Shown here piece after piece: positions 46,869 through 57,691 of a stretch of 64,000 nucleotides of DNA. Within the stretch, counting starts at the first letter, position 1. Each line of letters begins with the position of its first letter. The notes under the pieces are model-generated. The model was not told where the DNA came from. It made no database searches and saw only the letters and a program-made list of their open reading frames with translations. The stretch comes from Rhizodiscina lignyota (taxonomy: Eukaryota): assembly GCA_010015805.1 (NCBI GenBank), contig ML978122.1, positions 310,001-374,000 of the forward strand, given 5' to 3'. The position numbers and the translations under genes are program-made.

Positions 46869-49382
46869 ATGAACTGGACCGGCGGGCGCCTTCAACGCCA
46901 TTCCCATCGCAGCCAAAATACCGTACTCCAACGCCAAAAGCAGCATTTTGCTAGAGTTCAGACGCGTCTTCAGCAAACTCCACAACCGCAAACTCTTCCT
47001 TTTCAACTTAGCTTCTTGCGTCACGATACCGCCACCCTTGTTGGCTGTGTGACTCCATTCGGAGACCGCTCTCAACGACATACCGGTCACGCAAAGGGTC
47101 GCCAGCAGACACTCGAGAAATTCGAGTCAACAAGACTACTTGCGACGCGTCTAGCTTCGCTTAAGAGGCGTATATCACCATCGGCAACTACGAAGACGCC
47201 AAAAACACCCAACAACGCGTCGCAATCGCGGTATTTATCGCCGCTTCAAGATGACGACCAGTTGTACGAAGCTCCGCCACAACGTTCGTCAAGACAGCCA
47301 CCCGTTGAAGCAAGGGGCCATCAGCATGTGTCTTCAGGATACAACCATGCACCAAGCTCTCCGCAACGCCGAAGAAGGCGAAAGGCGTCGTCATCCGGTG
47401 AAGAGCTAAGGCTGCTTGAAACCAAGAGGAGGCGTCTTCTTGCACAGAGTGACTGGGCTGGTTTAGGGCCTTCCCGCCCTGTACACATGAACCATCGACA
47501 ACGGAGTGACAAAGGTGAGATGGGTAAGAGGAGGAAGATTGACAAAGGCGATCGTAGGCATGCCATGACACACATCGAGCGCCATTCGCCTCTACTTGGC
47601 GCAGCTCATGGACCCCTTGGATTTAAGAGCAAGAATGAAATTCGGGCAGCGATTAACGAGATCAGCATTCGAGTCGGTACAGGAGCCCTATCTACACAGT
47701 TGTCTCAAGGTGCCTCTACCGAGATGCAGCAAAACGCAGAACGACCGACACCCGATCTACCGCAACCACTCCACCGTTACAAAGAAGTAATCGAGATCCC
47801 AGAAACATCATCAATCGAAGGTGAACAAGGGTCAGGTGTGCTCCATGAAATGGATACACATCCCGAGCTAGATCGCTCAAGCTCAATGCTTCTTGATGCT
47901 GAAGCTGAGTACAGCATGGCGCCTGCTCTGGAACATTCCGAGCGCATACCGGAGCAAGAATTTGTTAGATACTCTGACGGAGTTCATAAACGTTATGAGC
48001 AAAGCGATCTGGCCACCAATGCCTCCTCTGAAGATGAAGTTCGTACTGGATCCGTGCATGCGATGTCTCCAACCCCTGTATTGGCAGTGTCTCGAGATGG
48101 CGAGACTCAAACTTATGATAATGCCCTTCCCTTGTCTCCGGAGGCACATTTCCGACTTGTTTTTCAAACGTCTTCGTCGCACATGCCCAAGTCACCAACG
48201 CACATGAAGGCTGTCGGACGCCAGTCGCGGGAACCGAAGTCGGTGCTGGACACGAGCTGGACAGACACAAATTCACACGGCTCAGAGCATGATGCTGTTG
48301 GTGAGGAAACCTGGCGAAGGATCTTGTCATTTCGGAGTGCAGACTCAGCATACACTGCTCAAACGGGCTACATCGGCCTACCCAATCGGCGAGGGAGCGT
48401 GTCAAGCCACGAAGACCAAGTCGTGAATGTGGCCTCGCAGGAGGCTGAAGCTTTGAATCCACGCGGAGATACCTCCGAACGCTCATTTGTCGAGGCTACG
48501 GGACATCCAAGTCATGATCGCTTCCATGATGGCAACTTTTCACTATTCATCGATCAGTCAACGTCGAATTTACGCGATCATTTCGCTGAACCTGTTGAAG
48601 TACTGCATGAACAGCGCAACAAAGCCATCACACCTAAGACATATGACCCAGACGAGGTCTGGAAGAAGTTTGTATTTGGCGATATCGAAGTCGATGAAGA
48701 TGTTGCTCGACAGGTGGCCGAATCCAGTTGTGATAAAATCGTCAGTGAGGGCATGAGCACTGCTGGAGGTCAGATAGCCGACCGGAGTACATCACGATTC
48801 TTCGCTCCAGCGCCAACGATGCGGCTGTCAAGTGAGCTAGCATTCAATGAAAGCAGCACTGTTTCGTCACCAACGTCACATACCCAAAGCGTGCCCGGCC
48901 GAGACCTGCCTCCGGCGTCGATGGTCAACCATGCACCTGACACAATAGCGAACGTGTCCGTGTTATCACAGCCCACCGAAGGATCGCAAATAGATCATTT
49001 TGCGGCGAATTTAGCAAATTCAATGGTTGCTCAAGCATCTTCACATCAGCCAATTTCCTCTTCGCTCTCACCTCCTCCGGTCGATCTGGATAGCCCAACA
49101 GAGACCGGAACCAGTAATTTCCATGCACCAAGCAGAAGCGCAGGTACATCCGGAGCAATATATGCGACTTCTGAAATCACCAGCACGCGGGCAGTAGGAC
49201 GTTCCAATTACCGCCGCGCCGCTCCAACGATGAAAGGCCCAATGACTCGAGCCAGCAAGAGACACGATGAACAAGGTGCAAAGGACGTACCGACATTCTC
49301 CACAGAGAGAAGTGGTAGGAAAAACTCCCATGTTGGAAAGTCCGTATCAGTCTATGACTTTCCAGAGAGCGATGCTCCGTAG
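46869..49382 (+). CDS. Large, mostly disordered protein with a HEIP1/REDIC1(C12orf40)-like N-terminal motif
   Basis: 837-aa open frame starting MNWTGGRLQRHS...QRQKQHFAR; the rest is Ser/Pro/Arg/Glu-rich low-complexity sequence with short aromatic motifs (LLAQSDWAGL, EETWRRIL, DEVWKKFVFG). Confidence 0.7.
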   Translation: MNWTGGRLQRHSHRSQNTVLQRQKQHFARVQTRLQQTPQPQTLPFQLSFLRHDTATLVGCVTPFGDRSQRHTGHAKGRQQTLEKFESTRLLATRLASLKRRISPSATTKTPKTPNNASQSRYLSPLQDDDQLYEAPPQRSSRQPPVEARGHQHVSSGYNHAPSSPQRRRRRKASSSGEELRLLETKRRRLLAQSDWAGLGPSRPVHMNHRQRSDKGEMGKRRKIDKGDRRHAMTHIERHSPLLGAAHGPLGFKSKNEIRAAINEISIRVGTGALSTQLSQGASTEMQQNAERPTPDLPQPLHRYKEVIEIPETSSIEGEQGSGVLHEMDTHPELDRSSSMLLDAEAEYSMAPALEHSERIPEQEFVRYSDGVHKRYEQSDLATNASSEDEVRTGSVHAMSPTPVLAVSRDGETQTYDNALPLSPEAHFRLVFQTSSSHMPKSPTHMKAVGRQSREPKSVLDTSWTDTNSHGSEHDAVGEETWRRILSFRSADSAYTAQTGYIGLPNRRGSVSSHEDQVVNVASQEAEALNPRGDTSERSFVEATGHPSHDRFHDGNFSLFIDQSTSNLRDHFAEPVEVLHEQRNKAITPKTYDPDEVWKKFVFGDIEVDEDVARQVAESSCDKIVSEGMSTAGGQIADRSTSRFFAPAPTMRLSSELAFNESSTVSSPTSHTQSVPGRDLPPASMVNHAPDTIANVSVLSQPTEGSQIDHFAANLANSMVAQASSHQPISSSLSPPPVDLDSPTETGTSNFHAPSRSAGTSGAIYATSEITSTRAVGRSNYRRAAPTMKGPMTRASKRHDEQGAKDVPTFSTERSGRKNSHVGKSVSVYDFPESDAP

Positions 49383-50380
49383 CGCTTGCCGTAGTTGTTT
49401 TGCTGCCGTGGCATACATGTATGTTGCAGCCGTGCAGGATTATTACTTCAGAGTCCACAGTGAGAATTGCTTGGCTCTCAGGAACACTCTCAGCAAAACG
49501 TTGTACGCAATAAAATTAGGCATTTCATCTTTCCTGAATATTAAGGGCCTGATCCAGATCCAGCACAGTCATAAGCCTCCTCTCCGAATGCGTTTGGAAC
49601 AGTGCTTGATGTACCCTGCGGGGGACCTGTGTCTGCAGAAATAACGACAAATACCCTCTTTACGCATTTCGCTCGGAATGTGAGATCTGGATACGGATCA
49701 GATTGAGCGGGGGTTACAAAGATGGAGACTGATCGTGGTTATGGAGAAGTTGGTAAAAAGAGTTCTTTGAGTTTCGGTATGAGAATGATGTAATATACTC
49801 CTACCTTGTATAAAATGAGAGTAGGCGCAACAGTGAGTCTCAAGATCTTATACTTGCCGCTATCAATGATGCTTAGACCAAAGATGGATTGCTGAATAGG
49901 CAATCGGCATTCGGCAATGAAGTTAGCAGGGGATCGTAGGCACGTAGAAGATACAGATTTGAAAAGGCGATGATTAAGTTGAGAGGGAAACGGTCTAAAT
50001 AAAGGAGAAGGGGGAAGGGGAGTGAAGATGTACGAGGCTTCCAAATATCGAAGCAAGTCGTGCTGCAGATAATCGGTCTCCTTTAGTCCCTGAGTCCGAG
50101 ACATCCTTGACATGACATGACATTGACCAAGAAAGGATTAGCGCCATCCCTGTCATATCTAAATGACATGACTTGTTCTGGCGTCTCAATGAAAAGCTCC
50201 TTTTTCGATCTCGTGCAGCAATCGAATTTCAGTGTGTTCAATCGTGTGCTATTGAAAGAATGGTACCTTATCTCATTTGACCCCCCCTTACATGTCGCTC
50301 ATGTCCTCTTTCACCTTAAAGCTCTCACTACCCATCATTCATCCGTGGCCTTGAACGATTCTGAAATTGCGATCTAAAAG

Positions 50381-52788
50381 ATGGCCAGATTCACACCAGA
50401 GTGAGATCAAGAACTGTTTGAAGCATTACAAAACTTACGCCGCTAGGGTCTTCATTGAAGCTCCGCGCCGGTCCTCGGCTGTACCAAGTGATGATGGTAC
50501 ACTCGCTTTGTATACAGTCTCGAGATATTCCATCGAGGCGAGATTAGAGTCGAAAGAGATCCGGGTAATGAACCTGGACACTGGTGACTCTACGTTATTC
50601 TCGGACGATCAGAATGTGAAAGAGCCGACCTGGTTTGGGGAGAGCAATCAAATTCTTTGGCAGCGGTCGCCGGAGGATGGATCCACCGAGCTGTGGGTAA
50701 GCAATGCTGTGGGCGAGAAAGAGTATTGGCCAGATTCCCCTTTTTATCTAATTGACGCTGATATTTGGTACAGGACATATCGTCTTGGAGAAATCGATGG
50801 AAGCATATCCGATTTGAAACTGAAGCCTCTCCCAAACGGAGAAATTGCGATCGCATTTACTGCAACCAAGGCCGAGGGCGGTAAACTGTTCAAATCTGGT
50901 TCTGTGAAGTCACCAGCATCAACAGCTCGAGAGTTTGATACGCTCAAAGTGCGTTATTGGGACCACTACCATAAAAAGGAGAAGGGTACATTATGGTACA
51001 CAACCTTGGAGAGAGTCAAAGCGACACCTCGCTATGCGCTAAATCTTGATCATCTAGTTGACGCCCTAAAGGGCACTGGCATCGAATTTCCATGGTGCGA
51101 TGGCCCGTTTGGAGAAGGAGGACAGTACAATCTCTCGCCCAAAGGCATTATACTAACTGTTCTTGACCCTGGAACCGACTATACTCGCCGCATCACCAAC
51201 GCGCTGTATATGATCCCGGTGAAATCATTCAGGGAATCTGCATCGCCTCCAATTAAGATAGACATTCCGAATTTCACAGGGTCTGCATCAGGAGCTGTCT
51301 TTTCACCAGATGCCGAGCGATTCGCATTCTTGAAGGCCAAGGATTGGCATGGAGACGAATCCCAAAGGATGCTCTTTGTTGCTTCCACTGCCAGTCCAGA
51401 AAAGCCACAACAAGTCAAGCTCTGCACCTCCGAGGCAAACACCAAAGAGTGGGACCGATCCCCAGAGTCAATACTCTGGTCAGAAATCGATCAGGAGCTC
51501 TATCTTAGCATTGAAGATGCCGGACATAAAAAGGTTTTCCGTATCCGGTTTACCGAAGACGGTGAATCCTGGCAAGCGGTCCCACGAGTCCTTACTGGAG
51601 GTGGAGTTGTCAACGATGTGTATCGACGGAGGAATCCCCATTCGCTTCAGATCCTGGTCACCAGATCGTCTTTAGTCGACAGTAGTTGCTTCGATATTAT
51701 AGATGTAGAGCCCGTAGAGATCTCACTCACAAGCTCATTCACCGACCACGGCGCTTCATTCGGCCTTCATCCTGGCCAAGTCTCGGAATTCGCATTTCAA
51801 GGTTATGGTGACTATACCGTCGAAGCTTTCCTCACGAAACCGTCGAACTTCTCTCCGAACAAAAAATATCCTTTGGCTCTGCTCATGCATGGTGGCCCAC
51901 AAAGTTCCTGGCTCAACGCCTGGTCGACGCGATGGAATCCTGCTGTGTTCGCTGAGCAAGGATATGTCGTTGTGTCGCCCAACGTGACTGGATCGACCGG
52001 ATTTGGAGATGATTTCAGCCGCGCAGTGCTGGGCGACTGGGGAGGGAGGCCGTACCAAGATCTGGTCAAATGCGTTGACTACGTCGAAAACAACATGGAG
52101 TTCATTGATATGGAGAGAGCTGTTGCTCTTGGCGGTAGTTATGGAGGCATGTGCTCTCCGATGCAGACTATTGAGACTACTATCACTGACGTTTTCAGGT
52201 TACATGGCTAATTGGATTGCCGGACAACCGCTGGCGAAGAAGTTCAAGGCTCTTGTCTGTCATGGTCAGCCACAATTATCCCAGCACAGCGTCTTACATA
52301 GGATTTAACTAATTCTCATACAGACGGTATCTTTACAATGGCCAACCTGCTTTCCTCTGACATTCCCGCCACGCTACCAGAAGATATGGGTGGGACTCTC
52401 TGGGAGAACCAAGAAGCCTGGGATAAATACGATCCCTCCCGACACACTGCCAACTGGACACAACCGATGCTGTTCATTCACTCCGATAACGATTTCCGCT
52501 GTCCGATCACCGAAGGCCTAGCGGCATATACCGTGTGCCAGCAGAAGAAGATACCATCTAGGTTCTTGAATTTCCCCGGTATTGAGAATAAATCCTCGCC
52601 ATGATCAAACAACACTAACAGAGGTGCGCATAGATGAGAATCATTTTGTGTTGAAACGAGCGAACTCGTTACACTGGTATCGAACCGTTCTCGGCTGGGT
52701 CAACAAATACGCTGGGGTGACAGATGGTGTGGTACTTCAGTCTCCTGTCACTGAACCGAACTGCAGCAAAGCCGAATCAGAAGAGTAG
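50381..52788 (+). CDS. Dipeptidyl-peptidase V-like S9 serine peptidase, lacking a signal peptide
   Basis: VRYWD, HGGPQSSW, STRWN, TGSTGFG, GGSYG|GYM nucleophile (split by GC-AG intron 52147-52198), HSDNDFRCP, FP|DENH; five introns. Confidence 0.92.
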
Positions 52789-52973
52789 ATTAGTGATGGA
52801 ATCGTACGGCATGCCATCTGGAGGAGCATCTGGGTTCTGGAAACCGTAACCGATCGAGAGAACAAAAGTCCAATCTAGCTACAATATGTCGTCCTTTAGA
52901 GTCATACACTATGGTCTCCTTACATAATGTTTGAAGATCACGATTCTTATACTGCGAGATGATGCTTAGAGCT

Positions 52974-53242
52974 TGATAAAGCGACTACAGGCGTAATCGA
53001 GTATAGAGTCCCCCCTTTTTCCTCTTCGCTGGATACGACGTTAAGAATGCGCTTAGGCCCTATTTTACAGCTACTTAACTAGTAGTACTTAGACCTTCGC
53101 TATTTACCCTATTATGGAGGATTTATACCTTACTACTACTAAGTATTATATATATATTTCGAATTTAGTCTTAAGGTTTTAGAGCTTTATATACTTATTT
53201 TATACTATATTACTATTAATATACTAACCTAATAAGGTATCA
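52974..53242. mobile_element. RIP-like AT-rich repeat relic, possible solo LTR
   Basis: 269 bp bounded by TGATA...TATCA with GCT on both flanks; rich in TpA and poor in CpA/TpG relative to its neighbours. Confidence 0.5.
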
Positions 53243-53431
53243 GCTTATGATAGACTTGAGCGCAGCAGGTGGGTCAGAATTACCTACGATGTAGCGTCGA
53301 GGTACGGACACGGCCCGGTTCCGATTCCAAACGATCCGCTTGAAGACTTACTATATTACACTACTTGTTACGAACATCCGCTTGATAATACCAATGAGAG
53401 CTCATGACATTCAATAATATTAATATATTTG

Positions 53432-55054
53432 TCAAAGCATACTCTTTCCCTTTGGCCGAGCAGCCATCAAATCCCTCCCCTCCTGTGCAAATGCTAACTC
53501 GCTCAAGATCTCCTCACTGCCACCCCCCACAACCATAACCCTCACATCGCGACTAATCTGCTCGATCCTCGCTCCCTTTCCAGTTCTAGAGTAGCCAAGT
53601 CCGCCCATGATCTGCTGCGCTTCACGCACAGTTTGCTCGAGTGCCCTTCCGGCTATGACTTTCAATAATGCTACCAGCCCGCCAATTTGTGCTGGTTTTG
53701 CATCAGGAACGATTTCCTTGTTCTGATTGTTGGTTTTGGTGGAAGATTGAGAGGCGTTGTTGGAGAGCGCAACAATCGATTCCATGAATGCGTGAGCGGG
53801 CAAGATACTGGCTCCCATTGTTGTAAATTTGGAGCGGATGGCTTGGTGATTGATGAGAGCGGTGCCGAAGGTTTCCCGGGAAAGGGCATAACTATAGGCG
53901 TCTTGCAGACAGGTTCGTGCGAGACGGAGACCTGTGCAGGCTAGCCAGAGTCGTTCGTGATTAAAATCCGGGGGGATGTTAGCAGATTTTCCGACAAGAA
54001 TTCAGAAGAGGAACGCACTTGACATTATGATTTTGAAGCCTTGGTTTTCCTTTCCTAAGAGATTCGAGACTGGAACTTCGACGTCGTCAAATTCAATGTA
54101 TGTAGAGCCTGTGGCATGTTAGAGCAAGCGACTGCTAATAATACAGCTGAAACGAACCGCTTGCAGAGACGCCAGAATTCAAGATCTTTCTCCGCGTTAC
54201 GCCTTTACTGGTGAGTGGGATAATGAGAGCTGAGATACCGCCTTTGCCTGGGCCGCCAGTGCGTACTGCTGTGGTGCTGTAGCTTGCCCACATGCCGTTC
54301 GTGATCCATTTCTTGGCGCCGTTGACGATATAGACGTCGCCTTTGCGTTCGGCAGTTGCGGCGATGTTTGATACGTCTGAGCCAGCTATATGAAATTCCC
54401 TATTAGCTTCCCCTCCTGTTGAATATCGTTTGTACAAGTTGAACCTCACTTCTCATGTCTATGAATCTGCGAAGAAGAGAACGTAAGGCATACCATCTGG
54501 CTCAGTAACAGCTAGACAAAACCGGCTTTGGCCTTGAATCACCTTTGGCAAGAATTGGCGTTTTTGAGCCTCTGTGCCAAAGTTTATTACGGGTGGAAGG
54601 CCAATGGCGTCTCCGCATCCCAGTGCCCAGATCACGCCCAAGTAACCACAGCGTGCAATTTCATCGATACAAATGAGATCGTGGAATGCGTCCCATTGTT
54701 CTGGTTTGATACCGCTGGGGAGTTTGATGTCCCCAAGATAGGGACCTATGGCAGCTGGATTGACAGTGACGGCCGTGAAGCCACGTAGTGAATGTTCGAG
54801 GAGAACCTACAAAGTGGATTCGTTAGGAAGGAGTAAAAAAAACGAGCGTGTGAGAAGGGAACAAGAACCTTTGCGGGGACAAAACCTTGTTCTTCCCATT
54901 CTGCGCAGTTAGGGGTGATTTTTTCTGAGATGTAGGCCCGTATGGTGTCTCTTAGACGTATGTGAGAGTCATTGTAGTAGGCTTCTGTTGGACGGGTGTG
55001 CCAGAGGGGTTCAGCAAAGGGTGCGATTTCTGGGGCCTTGCGGGGTGAGGACAT
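53432..55054 (-). CDS. Acyl-CoA dehydrogenase (long/branched-chain, AtuD-like)
   Basis: LAVTEPD|AGSDV, NGAKKWITNG, FNHERL, ETFG, QIMGGLG, VGGGSEEIL; C-terminal SML. Four introns, one (54018-53968) ending in CGG. Confidence 0.92.
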
Positions 55055-55565
55055 TGTGAATGCAACAATGATGTTTTATTTCTATTTGTGCCAGTTCTAT
55101 GAAATATTGAGAGGAGTCCCTGGCGACGCCGAATAGAGTTTTTCATGGCTTCCTATCTTAGAGAGTGTTCCTCTGCAATATTACCGACTCGGTCCGTCAC
55201 CGTGTATGATCGAGGCGGCCTCGATGGATGCGTCGTCGGAGAGCAGGTCTAGGCTTCTTTCCGAATATACGAGTTCGCAGCCGAGTTCGCAGTCCCAGTT
55301 CGTGAGTGTTGTTTGGCTGGCGCCTGCCGCCACGGCTTGAACGGACCGCATCCGGATTGGACTCCCTGCGACCTGCATGCGTAACGAGGCGAGGAGAACC
55401 AGGAGGCCGTACGTTGATGGAAACTTGGGGAAACTCGTAATACGGAGAGGTACTTGTAATTTGCCCAAAGGTTCAATGGTTCATCACATAGTTGACCGTT
55501 CGTGAGTGCAGGAAACAAAAATCCGAGCATCAAGCAGACATAGAATATATTACCTTCAGCCTAGA

Positions 55566-57377
55566 TCAGAGTTTAAACGACCGTGATTGCTGTGATCTGA
55601 CTTCCCAATCAATCTCCTTGATTCCTTTCTTGAATTCCGAGCGTGCATAACCGTGCTCTGATCCCGCCGACATCATCTTGTCGAACGAAGCCTTGATAAC
55701 CCGTGCTTGTTCTGATCCCCCAGCATCTGTGTATGCTACTCTAACAAGATCTTTGCTCAATTTCGACGCTCCTGGAGCTGTGAGTTTCAGACTTTGCAGC
55801 AGCTTCTCCAGGGTAGCTTGAAGTTTAGCCTGGTCTTCCACCACTTCCTGTAGAATTTTCAAATCTGCCAACTCCGAAGCTTTGATCGGCCTAGCTGTCA
55901 ACATCGCTGCGCGTGTGTAGCTGATACCCCACTCTCGTATGACGTATTTCGATATCGTCGCCGGGCAGAGACCGAGACGAACTTCGCTCAGAGTGAAGGT
56001 TGCTTGGGAGGTTGCAAGCCGGATGTCACAGACGATCGCGAGTCCAACACCACCACCGAAACATGGACCGTTGATCATAGCAATCGTAGTCTTTGGACAT
56101 TCGTCGATCGCGTCGAAGAGATCTCTCAAATTCTGGAACTGCTCTTCTGCTGTGCTTACTCCTTTCAAGTCCATTCCCGTGCAAAAGTACTTCCCTTCGG
56201 CACACAAAATAATCCTGAATACGCTCTGATCGAGGGAATAGCTTTGGAAGAGCCTGATAAGGGCTTTGATCATAGCCGTTGTTAGAGCGTTACCATTTTC
56301 ACCCCGCGTCAGGCAAATTTCCACGTTCACGCCATTTCGACGAGCTCGATAATCCTCAGTGCATTCCAAGACTTGCCAGATTCGAGGAGGGGATAATGAC
56401 TTTGGCTCGGGCTTTGAATCAAACAGTTTCGCTGCAATTGCCGATCCGGCACGGCTGCCATTCGGGATTCCGAGTTGTTGAGAAATCCAAGTCCCGATTT
56501 TGACCAGCTCGTTCAGATTGACACCAGTAGAGACGCCCAACTTTTCAAGCGTATAGACAAGATCCTCAGTCGAGAGATTTCCCTTTGCGCCCTTCGCAAA
56601 TGGGCAGCCTCCCAGACCGGCAATGCTGCTGTCAAATGTACGAATTCCTAGCTCGTAAGCCTTGACCACGTTGGCGAGGGCCTGTCCGTAGGTATCATGA
56701 AAGTGTCCCGCCACTGCTGCGGCAGGAATTGTACGCAGCAGTTTTGTGAACAGTTTCTCGACATCGGCTGGCGTTCCAACTCCGAGAGTATCTCCAAGAC
56801 TTACTTCGTAGCATCCCGCATCTAATAGTGCTTGGGTGACATTCACAACTTGATCGGAATCTGTCACTCCCTCATAGGGATCCTCAAAGATGCAAGAAAC
56901 GTACCTAATCTCCTGGTTAGAAATGTAACTGTAAATCTACGTTCACGCGACATACCCTCGAACCTTAATCCCCAGCTCTTGTGCCCGTTTTGTGACATGT
57001 CGAACTCTGACGAGAGACTCAGCTACACTGCAGTTGATATTCTTTTTGCTGAATCCCTCTGTCGCAGAAACAAACACTGCCACTTCTCTTGCCCCGTTTT
57101 GGTTTGCTTTTTCAAGGCCTATGACGTTGGGCACCAAGACTGGGAACTGGATCTTCGGCCGCGAGGTCATGACACTCTGGATACTCTGTAACACTCCAGC
57201 ACCGTCCGCCAACTGAGGTATCCACTTCGGCGACACAAAAGATGTTGCTTCAATTACCGGGAGTTCAGTACGTGCCAACTTGCGTATCAGCTCAATTTTG
57301 GTCCCTGTTGGAACAATTTGAGAGATGTTTTGTAAACCATCACGTGGTCCAACTTCAACGATTTTGACATCCGCCAT
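55566..57377 (-). CDS. HMG-CoA lyase - enoyl-CoA hydratase (methylglutaconyl/isohexenylglutaconyl-CoA hydratase-like) fusion
   Basis: N-domain VEVGPRDGLQN, SFVSPKWIPQLAD, SLGDTLG, HFHDTYG, GLGGCPFA; continuous frame into crotonase motifs FCTGMDL, GGGVGL..CD, SEVRLG; ends SFKL; one intron. Confidence 0.92.
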
Positions 57378-57691
57378 TTTTCTTCTCTGATGTCAGCACA
57401 AGGTTCCCCAAAATAATGAGAATCCACGAAGACAAGCAGAGGGATTGTATAGGCTTTGAATTCATCCTCGGAAAAGCCGTTCTTGCATCCTTCGGCTACG
57501 GTTCCGTCCCTGGAAACCACTTCGGTGAACTTGCACGGGAACGGACCGCGTTAAAGAAGTCATGAAATGCATATGCCCAAAGCAGGTGCTCGACATTACT
57601 TCTGACATGAGAACTCTCCCAGTGGGTCTTGATACACCAAGTTTCTTTCGACTCGCGACTCCGATCCTCGCCCACCACTCAGAAACTCAAA

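Noticed and set aside
57378..57691. CGG/CCG-rich divergent promoter of the lyase fusion and carboxylase alpha genes
   Set aside because: Plausible Zn2Cys6 sites, but I could not find a consistent spacing shared with the other cluster promoters.
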